In this document: positions 29,035-38,389 of the stretch, in pieces
How the letters are laid out: the number at the start of each line of letters is the position of its first letter
Position numbering within the stretch: position 1 is the stretch's first letter
Origin: Thermoproteota archaeon
Lineage (GTDB): Archaea; Korarchaeota; Korarchaeia; Korarchaeales; Korarchaeaceae
Direction: 5' to 3'
NCBI GenBank assembly: GCA_027492205.1
Contig: JAOZFN010000010.1
Location: forward strand, 61,924-125,923
DNA: 64,000 bases
Position numbers and translations under genes: made by a program
The notes under the pieces: model-generated
What the model was told of the DNA's origin: nothing
The model's database searches: none
What the model saw: only the letters and a program-made list of their open reading frames with translations

Positions 29035-29997
29035 GTGCCCGGATCTGAGGAGGTCAGGGGCTACGCCGCGCTCCTCGGCGCCGCCGCGCTCTGGTCCACC
29101 ACCGGCGTCGCCAGCAGGGCCGCGGTGATGTGCGGGTCAAACCCCTGGACCAACGCCTTCATGAGGGCGGGCTTTGGGGCCCTGGTGGGCGGGCTGATCG
29201 CCCTCTCTGGGATTAAGGTGAGGTTCTTGGACGTCAGGATGGCGGCCTACGGGCTCCTGCTCTCAACCCCGCTCTACTCCTCCTACCTGGCCGCGGTGGA
29301 GCGCCTTGGTGCTGGGGTGGCAGCGGTCCTCCTGTACACCGCGCCTCCCATCGTGGCGGTGGCCTCGGGCCCCCTGCTGGGGGAGCCCGTGACCAGGGTG
29401 AGGGCGGCTTGCGTGGGCTTGAGCTTCCTGGGGGTCGCGCTGATTCAGCTCGGCCACTCCTCTTCCGGTGGGTTCGACCTCGCCGGGGTGGCCCTGGGTC
29501 TGACCTCAGGCGCCTCTTACGCCGGCGTGATCCTTGCCTCGCGGGCCCTGGTGACCAGGGGGTGGGCGCCCACCGAGGTCGCCTTCGGCCCGCTCCCCTG
29601 GGCCGCCCTTGGGACCGGCCTCGTGGCGGCCCTCAGGGGAGCACTCCGGGTGCCCCCGGCGGGCGGCCTCCTCTGGGGCGCCTACTTGGGCGCCTTCACG
29701 GCGGCGGGGGCGTACCTGCTCCACGCCTCCGGACTGTCCAGGGTCCAGGCCACCCCGGCCGGGGTCGTGTCCAACCTCGAGCCCGTTCTCGCGATAGCGC
29801 TGGGCGCGGTCTTTCTCGGGGAGGCCCTGAGCCCCCTCAGGCTGGCCGGGGCGGCGCTGGTCATATCCTCCGCCGTTGCCGTCTCGGCCGAGGACGTGCT
29901 TCACGAGCCCACGTCCAGGTACCTGGAGAGCTCCCACTCGCTCACGGCCAGGCGCGTGGATCCCCAGTCGCCGACCTCCCGCAGGTACTCCCGGTAG
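29035..29997 (+). CDS. DMT/EamA transporter
   Basis: Two EamA repeats (LLYTAP..LGE; LEPV..LGE). Confidence 0.9.
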   Translation: MPGSEEVRGYAALLGAAALWSTTGVASRAAVMCGSNPWTNAFMRAGFGALVGGLIALSGIKVRFLDVRMAAYGLLLSTPLYSSYLAAVERLGAGVAAVLLYTAPPIVAVASGPLLGEPVTRVRAACVGLSFLGVALIQLGHSSSGGFDLAGVALGLTSGASYAGVILASRALVTRGWAPTEVAFGPLPWAALGTGLVAALRGALRVPPAGGLLWGAYLGAFTAAGAYLLHASGLSRVQATPAGVVSNLEPVLAIALGAVFLGEALSPLRLAGAALVISSAVAVSAEDVLHEPTSRYLESSHSLTARRVDPQSPTSRRYSR

Positions 29998-31136
29998 TCC
30001 GCCTCCAGCCTGCCCGCTATAGCGTCGACCACCCTGTCGGTCAGCACCCTCCTCGCGAACCCGCTGGACCTGAGCTCCCTGGCCGCCTCCCCTGGATCGG
30101 CCGGGAGCGTCTCCAGGCCGTCCGCCTCGTACACGTTCACCCTGGCCTCCTCCGGGGGAGTCAACCCCTCCTCTATCCCCTCGAGGCCCGCCGCGATGGC
30201 GAGGGCGGCCACGAGGTGCGGGCTGGAGGACGAGTCGGGCACCCTGAACTCGATGCGCTCGAACGACCCCCCGTACCATGGGACGCGTACGAGGGCGCTC
30301 CTGTTGGACCTCCCCCAGGCCAGGTACACCGGGGCCTCGTGCCCGGGGACTAGCCTCTTGTAGGAGTTGACGGTGGGCGCTGCTACTGCCGTGATCTCCC
30401 TCGCCCTCCGAAGGAGGCCCGCCAGGAACGAGAGCGCCACCTTGCTGGGGCCACCACCGTCAAGGAACGCACTTCTACCGTCCCTGAGCAGGCTCAGGTG
30501 GAGGTGCATGCCGCTCCCGTTGACACCCGAGAAGGGCTTCGGCATGAAGGTCGCCCCCATGCCGGCCGCCTCGAACTCCCGTCTAACCAGCGCCCTCAGC
30601 GCGACCACGGAGTCGCAGACCTCCAGGGGGTCGCCCCCGGCCGGGACGATCTCGTACTGCCCAGGCGCGACCTCGTGGTGAAACTTGACCACCCTCAGCC
30701 CCAGCTCTCCGGCCACCCTCGCTATCTCGAGGAGCGCGCTCTCGACCTCCTTAGGTGGAAGGGAGAAGTAGCCCAGGCGATCCACTGGCCGTATCTCACC
30801 GGCGCGCCCCCTCCGGATCGCGAAGAACTCAGGCTCGAGCCCCAGCCTGACCTGAAACCCCATCTCGGAGGCCGACCTCAGGACCCTGCGGAGTGTCTCC
30901 CTGGGAGAGTGCTCTAGCGGCCTCCCCGTCGGCCCCAGGATCTCGGCGAAGGCGAGCGCGCCTCCCACGTTAAACTCCAGGCGAACGTCGCTGTCGTGAA
31001 TGTCGGCCAGCCAGCTCACGGACGAGCCGTCCAATCCAGTCTGCCGCTCGTCCCCCCCGAAGAGGTAGACGACCCTCAGGGCGCCGGTGTGGTCGGGTAC
31101 TGCGACCATGACGGGACCGCGCGACTGTTCGGCCAT
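29901..31136 (-). CDS. Glutamine synthetase family protein (possibly gamma-glutamyl-amine ligase)
   Basis: DGSS, EPEFF, HHEVAPGQYE, FMPKP..NGSGMH.H, NSYKRL, NRSALVR, RIEFR. Confidence 0.9.
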   Translation of the reverse strand: MAEQSRGPVMVAVPDHTGALRVVYLFGGDERQTGLDGSSVSWLADIHDSDVRLEFNVGGALAFAEILGPTGRPLEHSPRETLRRVLRSASEMGFQVRLGLEPEFFAIRRGRAGEIRPVDRLGYFSLPPKEVESALLEIARVAGELGLRVVKFHHEVAPGQYEIVPAGGDPLEVCDSVVALRALVRREFEAAGMGATFMPKPFSGVNGSGMHLHLSLLRDGRSAFLDGGGPSKVALSFLAGLLRRAREITAVAAPTVNSYKRLVPGHEAPVYLAWGRSNRSALVRVPWYGGSFERIEFRVPDSSSSPHLVAALAIAAGLEGIEEGLTPPEEARVNVYEADGLETLPADPGEAARELRSSGFARRVLTDRVVDAIAGRLEADYREYLREVGDWGSTRLAVSEWELSRYLDVGS

Positions 31137-31231
31137 TGGCGCTCGGTTCGGCGTGGTCAGTAATATGCCATTCGTTGACTTCGCCGAACGAATGAACGGT
31201 TTTTAAGCTTTAGTTCGGACAGTCGTATCCC

Positions 31232-31729
31232 ATGGCTCCCGGCCGCCGGCTGGAATCGGATCTGGACGAGCTGGACCTGAGGTTGATAAGGGCCATCTCA
31301 ACTTACCCGGGCGCCTCGATAAGGACGCTGGCGGGCATTCTGCAGGCGTCTCCGTCGACCGTCTCGAAGAGGGTGAGGAGGCTGAGGGAAGCCGGGGTCC
31401 TGAGAGGGCGCGGCCTTAGGCCCCTCTTCGACTACGAGAAGCTGGGATTCGACCTTACGGCCATTGTGGAGGTGACCGTTTCTGGAGGCAAGCTCTTGGA
31501 GGTCGAGAGGAAGATAGCGGAGGATCCCCACGTGACCGCCGTCTACGACGTGACCGGCCCGTCCGACGTGATAGTGGTGGCGAGGTTCGAGGGGAGGGCC
31601 CAGCTGAGCGAGTTCGTGAAGGGGCTGCTCGCGATGCCCAACGTCGAGCGGACGAACACGAGGGTCGTCTTGAACGTGATAAAGGAGGACGACTCCGGCC
31701 TAATCGACCTCCTCACGTCGAACGCGTGA
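31232..31729 (+). CDS. Lrp/AsnC family regulator
   Basis: LDELD..LI, HTH, VYDVTG..D RAM domain; divergent from the glnA-like gene. Confidence 0.92.
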   Translation: MAPGRRLESDLDELDLRLIRAISTYPGASIRTLAGILQASPSTVSKRVRRLREAGVLRGRGLRPLFDYEKLGFDLTAIVEVTVSGGKLLEVERKIAEDPHVTAVYDVTGPSDVIVVARFEGRAQLSEFVKGLLAMPNVERTNTRVVLNVIKEDDSGLIDLLTSNA

Positions 31730-32224
31730 TCAGCCCCTTATGGCGGGTGCGGTCAAGATCCCCATCCTGATGGCGTCCGGGAGAACCTCCCTCACCCGCC
31801 TAAGCAGCTTGGACGTCTTGCCGGGGTCCTCGTAGGAGGAGACCAGCCTGTCTATGGTCTTCCTCACGTGCTTGGGAAGCATCAGCTTCCTCCTCCTGAA
31901 GGCGGGAGACGCCATCAAGATGCTGGCATCCTCTCCACCCTTTGTGAGGATTCCCGACTCGGAGAGCTCCTCCGCCACGGCTCTTACCTCATCGGAGGAG
32001 GGGAGTCCAGAGGCCAGCTTCCACTCCAGCCCCAATCCGGGCTTCCTCCTCCTCGCGAGCTCAAACTCCGCCAGGAAGAGGATCAGCTGGAGCCTCATCA
32101 GAGTCAGCCCCTCCCTCGCCTTTGCCAGCGCGTAGACCACGAGCGAATCCGTCTTCACCGCATCCAGCCCCGCCGATTCATCCTGTGTGAACGTGGAGGC
32201 GCCCGTGAAAGGCGACATGCTCAA
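31730..32224 (-). CDS. SocA/Panacea-like winged-helix protein (degenerate)
   Basis: LMRLQLILFLAE...W...GLPSSDEV...L...G resembles LxKLxY...GP motif. Confidence 0.5.
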   Translation of the reverse strand: MSMSPFTGASTFTQDESAGLDAVKTDSLVVYALAKAREGLTLMRLQLILFLAEFELARRRKPGLGLEWKLASGLPSSDEVRAVAEELSESGILTKGGEDASILMASPAFRRRKLMLPKHVRKTIDRLVSSYEDPGKTSKLLRRVREVLPDAIRMGILTAPAIRG

Positions 32225-32306
32225 GACACCCTCCTCAGAGGCCCGGTCGGTCGAGTCCTCGCGCTACAATATAGGGTTTTTCAGCACCTTTTCCACCGCC
32301 CGCCCC

Positions 32307-33128
32307 TCAGCTTCCCTCTCCCCTCAGGAGCGAGATCAGGTAGAATGCGGCGCTCACCATCCCAGCTACGGCGCTTGGGGACACGCTGACGATCGCCGAC
32401 AGCAGGAGCCCCGTGGCTATCGAGCCAGCCGAGATCAGGAAGGCCAGGGCCATGCAGTGCTTCGGACCCCTCGCGAACCTCACGGCCGCTCCGGCCGGGG
32501 CGACGACGAGGGCGTAGACTAGTATGGCGCCGACGGCCTTGGTCATGGCCGACACGCTGAGGGCTATGACCGTCAGCATGATCCAGTCGTAGAGGCCGAC
32601 CCTCAGACCGTGGGCCTCAGATCCGACCGGGTCGAAGGAAGAGTAGACGAACTCCCTGTAGAAGGCCGTGATAGCCGCCAGCGAGAGCGTCGCCGTGAGC
32701 GCTATGGTGGCCAGGTCGACCGGGGACAGCAGGAGGATGTCCCCCACCAGGTAGCCCCACACGAGGGGGAGCTTCTCCGGCGGGAGCCAGTACATCAGGA
32801 GGACCGTCAGGCTCATGGAACCCGCAAAGGAGACGCCCACCGCCACCTCCATCGACTCGCCGCTCCGACCCCCCCTCCCCGCGGCGCCGACGACCGAGGC
32901 CACTACGACGGCCATCCCCGCGGCCCCGAAGGTTGGGTCCAGCCACGGCAGCCTCGACTGTAGGAGCAGCGCTAGGGCCGCCCCTCCAAGTGCGGCGTGG
33001 GCGGCGGCGCTCACCAGGAAGGACAGCCCCCTGTACACCACCAGCGGGCCAAGCGCGCCGGCGGACACGGACACCAGCAGGCCGGCGACGGCGGCCAAGA
33101 GGATCGTCTCGATCGCCACCCGCATCAC
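32307..33128 (-). CDS. znuB: Zn/Mn ABC transporter permease
   Basis: HAALGG, YLVGDIL, SFDP..A.G, VGAILV.AL..P. Confidence 0.9.
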   Translation of the reverse strand: MMRVAIETILLAAVAGLLVSVSAGALGPLVVYRGLSFLVSAAAHAALGGAALALLLQSRLPWLDPTFGAAGMAVVVASVVGAAGRGGRSGESMEVAVGVSFAGSMSLTVLLMYWLPPEKLPLVWGYLVGDILLLSPVDLATIALTATLSLAAITAFYREFVYSSFDPVGSEAHGLRVGLYDWIMLTVIALSVSAMTKAVGAILVYALVVAPAGAAVRFARGPKHCMALAFLISAGSIATGLLLSAIVSVSPSAVAGMVSAAFYLISLLRGEGS

Positions 33129-33129
33129 C

Positions 33130-33918
33130 TCACCTGTGAGCGTCGCCCACGATCGCGTAGCATATTCCGCCCACCTCCACGACCTTCGCCACGGGCCCGT
33201 AGATCTTCCTCAGGTTCTCCGGGGTCAGGGTGGCCGCCAGGGGTCCAGCCGCGACGAGCCTCCCCTCGCTGAGCAGGGCGACGTAGTCCGCGATGGGAGC
33301 CAGAGGGTTGACATCGTGGGTTACCACCACGGACCCAACCCCCTTCTCGTCTCTCAGCCTGGCCAGAACCTCCGCGATCTTCCTCCTGCTCTCAGCGTCG
33401 ACGGCAGAGAGGGGCTCGTCGAGGAGGAGGAGTTCCGGCTTGGAGGCGAGCGCCCTGGCAATGAGGACCCTCTGCTGCTGGCCGCCAGAGAGCTTCTTGA
33501 AGCACCTGTCCCTGGCCCAGAGCATGTCCACGAACTCCAGAGCCTCCTCCGCGGCGTCGACATCCTCCCTCGTGGGCCTGCGCGGCGGTCCCTTCTTGAT
33601 CAGCCTGGCCATGAGGGCGACGTCGATGACCCTGAGGGGAACGCCCCAGGACACCTCCTCCTTCTGGGGGACGTAGGCGACCCGTCTCCGGACCTCCTCT
33701 AACCTCCCTGGCACCGGGACCCCGAGGACCCGAATTTCCCCGCTCAGGATCCTTGCCAGGCCTAGGGATGCCTTGAGGAGCGTGGTCTTCCCCGCCCCGT
33801 TTGGGCCCATAATCACGGAGACGGAGGGGTGGGGGATTGCGAGGTCAACACCCCTGAGGACCGGCCGGCTCCCATAACCCACGTCGAGCCCTCGGGCCTC
33901 GATGGCGCGGCTCGGCAC
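33130..33918 (-). CDS. znuC: Zn/Mn ABC transporter ATPase
   Basis: GPNGAGKTT, YVPQ, LSGGQQQR, LDEP, VTHD. Confidence 0.92.
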   Translation of the reverse strand: MPSRAIEARGLDVGYGSRPVLRGVDLAIPHPSVSVIMGPNGAGKTTLLKASLGLARILSGEIRVLGVPVPGRLEEVRRRVAYVPQKEEVSWGVPLRVIDVALMARLIKKGPPRRPTREDVDAAEEALEFVDMLWARDRCFKKLSGGQQQRVLIARALASKPELLLLDEPLSAVDAESRRKIAEVLARLRDEKGVGSVVVTHDVNPLAPIADYVALLSEGRLVAAGPLAATLTPENLRKIYGPVAKVVEVGGICYAIVGDAHR

Positions 33919-33935
33919 TCAAGACCACCCCCAGC

Positions 33936-34937
33936 TCACGCGGCCTTCCAGAGGGCCACCGCCAGCCCCAGAATCGCCACCGCGGAGGCGGCCACCACGC
34001 ACATGGCCAGCGACCACCCCCCGCCCCCGGTCGGCGTGGCCCTCAGGCTGGAGTCTATGGAGCCAAGGTTCCACGCCCACAGGGCCTCATAGCTCGATAG
34101 GCCGCTGGACAGGACCCTGACCCTGAGAACAGTGGCCCCGTGCTCCTCGGCGAGTTGTACAGCCATCTGACCCGGCTTAAGCCCCTCGCTGACCTCTGAC
34201 ACGGTGACGAACCTCACCTCCCCCCTCTCCACCGCGCGCCCGAGCTGGTCCAGCTCCCCGGCTCCGATCACCGCGCCCGGACCCCTGCCGATGGTGTCGA
34301 CTGGGATCATCCCGAGGGTCGAGGCGATGTAGGCCTCCGCCGGAACGGACACGATCACCTTCTGGGCCCTCAGCCCTCTGGATGACGAGAACGAGTTGAT
34401 GGTCTCCTTTAGACTCTCGATCTTCCCCCTGAACTGGGACAGCGACTCCTCATAGGCTTCGGCTCCACCCGGATCTATCCTCTCCAGCGCCTCGACCGCC
34501 GCCTCCCCTATGGCGAGGGCGTTGTTGGGGTCCAGCCAGAAGCCGTGGATGTCGTCCCCGCCCTGCCCGGGAACGGGAATAAGCCTCAGCCCGTGCCTCT
34601 GGTAATCCTCCATTCCTATCACTGGAGCGTCGGTCACCTCCGCGACCTGCTCCTCCACGGGGAGGTGGGCGACCGTGACTATGAGCGCCGCTCTCTCCAC
34701 GGCCTCAATGACCTCCGGGGTTGCCTGGTAGGTGTGCGGCTCCGCCCCCTCCGGCACTATCACGAACACGTCAACGTGGCCGCCCGTGGCCTCGCTCACT
34801 ATGGCCCCCAAGGGCTCCAAGCTCACCGCCACCAGCACGCGCCCGTCGTCCGACGAGGCGGGCGCGATTGAGGGGGAGAGCAGGGTCAGCCACAGGGAGG
34901 CCAGGATCAGGAGGGCTCGCCCTCTCTCGAGCCTCAT
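33936..34937 (-). CDS. znuA: Zn/Mn ABC substrate-binding protein with C-terminal TM anchor
   Basis: Signal peptide, EPHTY, HGFWLDP. Confidence 0.88.
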   Translation of the reverse strand: MRLERGRALLILASLWLTLLSPSIAPASSDDGRVLVAVSLEPLGAIVSEATGGHVDVFVIVPEGAEPHTYQATPEVIEAVERAALIVTVAHLPVEEQVAEVTDAPVIGMEDYQRHGLRLIPVPGQGGDDIHGFWLDPNNALAIGEAAVEALERIDPGGAEAYEESLSQFRGKIESLKETINSFSSSRGLRAQKVIVSVPAEAYIASTLGMIPVDTIGRGPGAVIGAGELDQLGRAVERGEVRFVTVSEVSEGLKPGQMAVQLAEEHGATVLRVRVLSSGLSSYEALWAWNLGSIDSSLRATPTGGGGWSLAMCVVAASAVAILGLAVALWKAA

Positions 34938-35356
34938 GGGACCACCTCCGGGTGAGGGATCGGCCGCCCGTGGGGGCAGACGCGCGGGTGCCCCATCCTC
35001 TCGCAGAGCCTGACGAGCGACTCACGGGGCAAAAGCATCTCGAGCCTCGTCGCCGCCTCGCAGGCCGTCTCCGAGTCGATCCCAAGCTCCCCGCAGAGGA
35101 AGGACTCTATCACCCTGTGCCTCCACAGGAGCTCCTCGGACACTGAGAGGCCCTCGGGGGTGAGCGTCACGCCCTCCCCCCGCCGGTACTCGACGAGTCC
35201 CATCCCCTCCAGCCTCTTGAGCGCCGAGATGGCTGTGGGGAGGCGAACTCCGAACTCTCGAGCGATCTCCGTGGGGGAGAGCCTACCCTCGCTGTCCCGG
35301 AGGAGCCGGAGGTACCTGCAGTCCCGCGCCGTCAGCCCGAGGTCTTCTGGAGTCAT
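34934..35356 (-). CDS. DtxR/MntR metal-dependent repressor
   Basis: HTH, RHRVIESFL, EA..LE, CPHG.PIP. Confidence 0.92.
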   Translation of the reverse strand: MTPEDLGLTARDCRYLRLLRDSEGRLSPTEIAREFGVRLPTAISALKRLEGMGLVEYRRGEGVTLTPEGLSVSEELLWRHRVIESFLCGELGIDSETACEAATRLEMLLPRESLVRLCERMGHPRVCPHGRPIPHPEVVP

Positions 35357-35358
35357 CA

Positions 35359-35403
35359 GTTAGCGCGGCGCTAACGGCCTCAAAAACCTAGCGCCGCGCT
35401 AAC
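35359..35403. promoter_or_regulatory. Two 17-bp palindromic DtxR-type operators
   Basis: GTTAGCGC-G-GCGCTAAC (35359-35375) and CCTAGCGC-C-GCGCTAAC (35387-35403) directly upstream of the repressor ATG. Confidence 0.8.
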
Positions 35404-35482
35404 GACCGGCGAGGGGCTACGCTCACCGTCGATGTAGGTTATGGTTATTACAGAAACCCCCAGGGGCCCAGCAGGTGCGAGC

Positions 35483-36733
35483 ATGAGCAAGGGCCAACTG
35501 ATTGGAATCCTGGTGGTGCTGATAGTGATCGTGGCTGGCGTGTGGTACGCGACCAGGCCGAAGGCTCCAGCGACTCCCGCCCCCACCACCCCGGCCCCGA
35601 CCACGGCCGCGCCCACAACGACCGCGCCTCCGCAGACCACCGCCCCCCCGAAGAAGGTCAAGGTCGCCGTCATGTTCGACATAGGCGGCAGGGGCGACCT
35701 GGGGTTCAACGACATGGCCTGGATGGGGGCTGAGAGGGCCAAGAAGGACTTCGGCGTCGAGGTCACCTACGTCCAGCCCAGGTCCGAGGCCGACTACATC
35801 CCTAGGCTCAGGGAGCTCGCCGGCAGCGGCGAGTACGACCTGATAATAGGGGTCGGCTTCCTGCTGACCGACGCCATCCACCAGGTGGCCCAGGAGTACC
35901 CGAACCAGTACTTCGCCATCGTGGACTCCCTCACCCCAGACCCCAACGTAAGGGGGATCCTGTTCAAAGAGAACGAGGGATCCGCCCTGGTCGGAATCCT
36001 GGCCGCCTACGTGACCGAGAACAACAAGGTGGGCGTCGTCCTGGGGATGGAGATCCCCGTGCTGTACCACTTCGAGGCCGGCTTCTACTGGGGAGTCAAC
36101 TACGTCGAGAACAAGACCGGAAAGGACGTCCAGATCATATACAAGTACACCGGGAGCTTCATTGACAGGGCCCTCGGGAAGCAGGTGTCCGAGGGCATGC
36201 TGGCCCAGGGTGCTGACGTCCTGTACAACGTCGCCGGCCTGACCGGCCTGGGCGTCCTCGACGCGGTCCACGACTTCAACGTCCAGCACGGCAAGGAGTT
36301 CGGTCCCCCGTTCGCCATAGGCGTCGACAGCTGCCAGGACTGGATGTACCCAGGCCACGTCATAGCCAGCATGATGAAGAGGGTCGACAACGGCGTCTAC
36401 TACGCCATCAGGGACGTGGTCTACGGCAACTTCACCGGCGGCATCGCGGCCTACGGGATCAAGGAGGGAGGCGTGGGCATCAGCGGACTGGAGGAGCTCC
36501 AGGCCTTCATGCAGATAGCCCAGGAGATGGGCACCGAGCTTCCCGACGCGCCTGAGAACATCGTCGCGAAGTGGCAGCAGATGAGGGCCATGTACCCCGA
36601 GGAGGTCTGGAACACCATCGAGGAGGTCAAGCAGAAGATCATCAGCGGCGAGATCCAGGTACCCACAACCGACTCTCCCGAGGAGATCCAGGCCATCAGG
36701 CAGAGGTACGGCGTCGGAGTGCTGGGAGGCTGA
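35483..36733 (+). CDS. BMP-family (nucleoside) ABC substrate-binding protein with Pro/Thr linker
   Basis: GGRGDLGFN, FKENEGS.L.G, AIGVD, SMMKRVD; N-terminal TM then PTT repeats. Confidence 0.92.
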   Translation: MSKGQLIGILVVLIVIVAGVWYATRPKAPATPAPTTPAPTTAAPTTTAPPQTTAPPKKVKVAVMFDIGGRGDLGFNDMAWMGAERAKKDFGVEVTYVQPRSEADYIPRLRELAGSGEYDLIIGVGFLLTDAIHQVAQEYPNQYFAIVDSLTPDPNVRGILFKENEGSALVGILAAYVTENNKVGVVLGMEIPVLYHFEAGFYWGVNYVENKTGKDVQIIYKYTGSFIDRALGKQVSEGMLAQGADVLYNVAGLTGLGVLDAVHDFNVQHGKEFGPPFAIGVDSCQDWMYPGHVIASMMKRVDNGVYYAIRDVVYGNFTGGIAAYGIKEGGVGISGLEELQAFMQIAQEMGTELPDAPENIVAKWQQMRAMYPEEVWNTIEEVKQKIISGEIQVPTTDSPEEIQAIRQRYGVGVLGG

Positions 36734-36811
36734 GTTCCCGGCCCTTCCTCCTCTCTTTTTAATTTCTGGCCGCACACCGCCCAGTCGTCTGACTGGTGAA
36801 AGGACGGTGAT

Positions 36812-38389
36812 TTGACGTTGGCCGAGTACGCGATTGAGATGCGCGGGATGGTGAAGATCTACCCTGGTGGCACGGTCGCCCTGAAGGGGGTGGACTTCGC
36901 CGTCCGTGAGGGTGAGATACACGGGCTTCTCGGCGAAAACGGGGCCGGCAAGACCACCCTCATGGAGATCCTCTACGGCACCAGGAGCCCCACGGAGGGA
37001 GAGATATTCGTCCGCGGGAGGAGGGTCGAGATAAGGAGCCCCAGGGACGCCATGGCGCTTGGCATAGGCATGGTGCACCAGCACTTCACCCTCATCCCCG
37101 TCTTCACGGCACTCGAGAACGTGGTCCTGGGAGACGAGCCGGTCAGGTCTGCGGGCCTCCTGGACGTCCAGGCGGCCAGGGCCAGGGTGGAGGAGCTGAT
37201 GGATCAGACCGGCCTCCACGTCCCCCTGGACGAGCCCGTCGAGAACCTGTCCACGGGGGAGAGGCAGAGGATCGAGATCCTCAAGATGCTCTACCGCAAC
37301 GCAGACATCCTAATCCTAGACGAGCCAACGGCCGTCCTCACCCCCCTGGAGACCAAGGAGCTGTTCGCCTTCCTGAAGCGGATGAGGGGGGAGGGCAAGA
37401 CCATAGTCTTCATCACCCACAAGCTCAGGGAGGTCAAGGCGATCACCGACCGCGTGACCGTTCTCAGGAAGGGCGAGGTCGTCGGAACCGTGGACACGGC
37501 AGAGGTCTCAATGGAGGAGCTGGCAAGGATGATGGTCGGCAGGGAAGTTCTGTTTGAGCTGGAGAAGAAGCCTAGGGAGCCCGAGGAGCCCAAGCTGATC
37601 GTCGAGGACCTCTGGGTGAGGGGCGAGGGCGGAGACTACGCGGTCAAGGGCGTCTCCTTCGAGGTGAGGGGGGGCGAGATATTCGGCATTGCCGGCGTTG
37701 AGGGCAACGGGCAGACCGAGCTGGTTGAGGCGATAACCGGCCTCAGACTGCCGGATAGGGGCAGGGTGCTGTTGGCGGGAGAGGACGTCACCGGGGCGAG
37801 GCCCCATCACCTCTACGCCAGGGGGCTCGGTCACATACCCGAGGACAGGCACAGGAGGGGGATAATCCTGGAGTTCACCGTCGCCGAGAACTCCATATTG
37901 GGCCTGCAGAGGCTCCCGCCCTTCATGAACAAGTGGGGCGTACTGCAGGAGTCCGTGGTCAGGGACTGGGCCAGGAAGGTCGTCGAGAGGTTCGAGATCG
38001 ACACGCCAGGCATCGACGCCCCGGCCTCCGCCTTGAGCGGCGGGAACCAGCAGAAGCTCATCGTCGGCAGGGAGATAATGAAGGACCCGAAGGTGGTCGT
38101 CGCCGCCCAGCCGACCAGGGGCCTGGACGTGGCGGCCACCGAGTACATCAGGAGGACCCTCCTCAGGATGAGGGACGAGGGTAGGGCCGTCCTCCTGGTG
38201 TCGGCCGACCTGGACGAGGTCCTCATGCTGAGCGACCGCGTCGGGGTGATGTACGAGGGGGAGCTGATGGGGGTCGTGAGGCCGGAGGAGGTCACCCTGG
38301 AGGAGATCGGAATGATGATGGGGGGGGTGAGGCTAGAGGACATCAAGAGCGGCGGAGCGAAGGCTGAGGCCGAGTCGACGGGTGGGTGA
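36812..38389 (+). CDS. Nucleoside/sugar ABC ATPase (tandem domain)
   Basis: GENGAGKTT, MVHQHF, DEPTAVL, LSGGNQQK, QPTRGLD. Confidence 0.93.
   Translation: MTLAEYAIEMRGMVKIYPGGTVALKGVDFAVREGEIHGLLGENGAGKTTLMEILYGTRSPTEGEIFVRGRRVEIRSPRDAMALGIGMVHQHFTLIPVFTALENVVLGDEPVRSAGLLDVQAARARVEELMDQTGLHVPLDEPVENLSTGERQRIEILKMLYRNADILILDEPTAVLTPLETKELFAFLKRMRGEGKTIVFITHKLREVKAITDRVTVLRKGEVVGTVDTAEVSMEELARMMVGREVLFELEKKPREPEEPKLIVEDLWVRGEGGDYAVKGVSFEVRGGEIFGIAGVEGNGQTELVEAITGLRLPDRGRVLLAGEDVTGARPHHLYARGLGHIPEDRHRRGIILEFTVAENSILGLQRLPPFMNKWGVLQESVVRDWARKVVERFEIDTPGIDAPASALSGGNQQKLIVGREIMKDPKVVVAAQPTRGLDVAATEYIRRTLLRMRDEGRAVLLVSADLDEVLMLSDRVGVMYEGELMGVVRPEEVTLEEIGMMMGGVRLEDIKSGGAKAEAESTGG

Noticed and set aside
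35570-35650. Short C-rich tandem repeats
   Set aside because: They encode the Pro/Thr linker of the BMP protein; not a CRISPR or mobile repeat
35423-37219. 598-aa minus-strand ORF (likewise 52920-54554, 57794-58966, 11103-12320)
   Set aside because: Antisense shadows of well-supported genes
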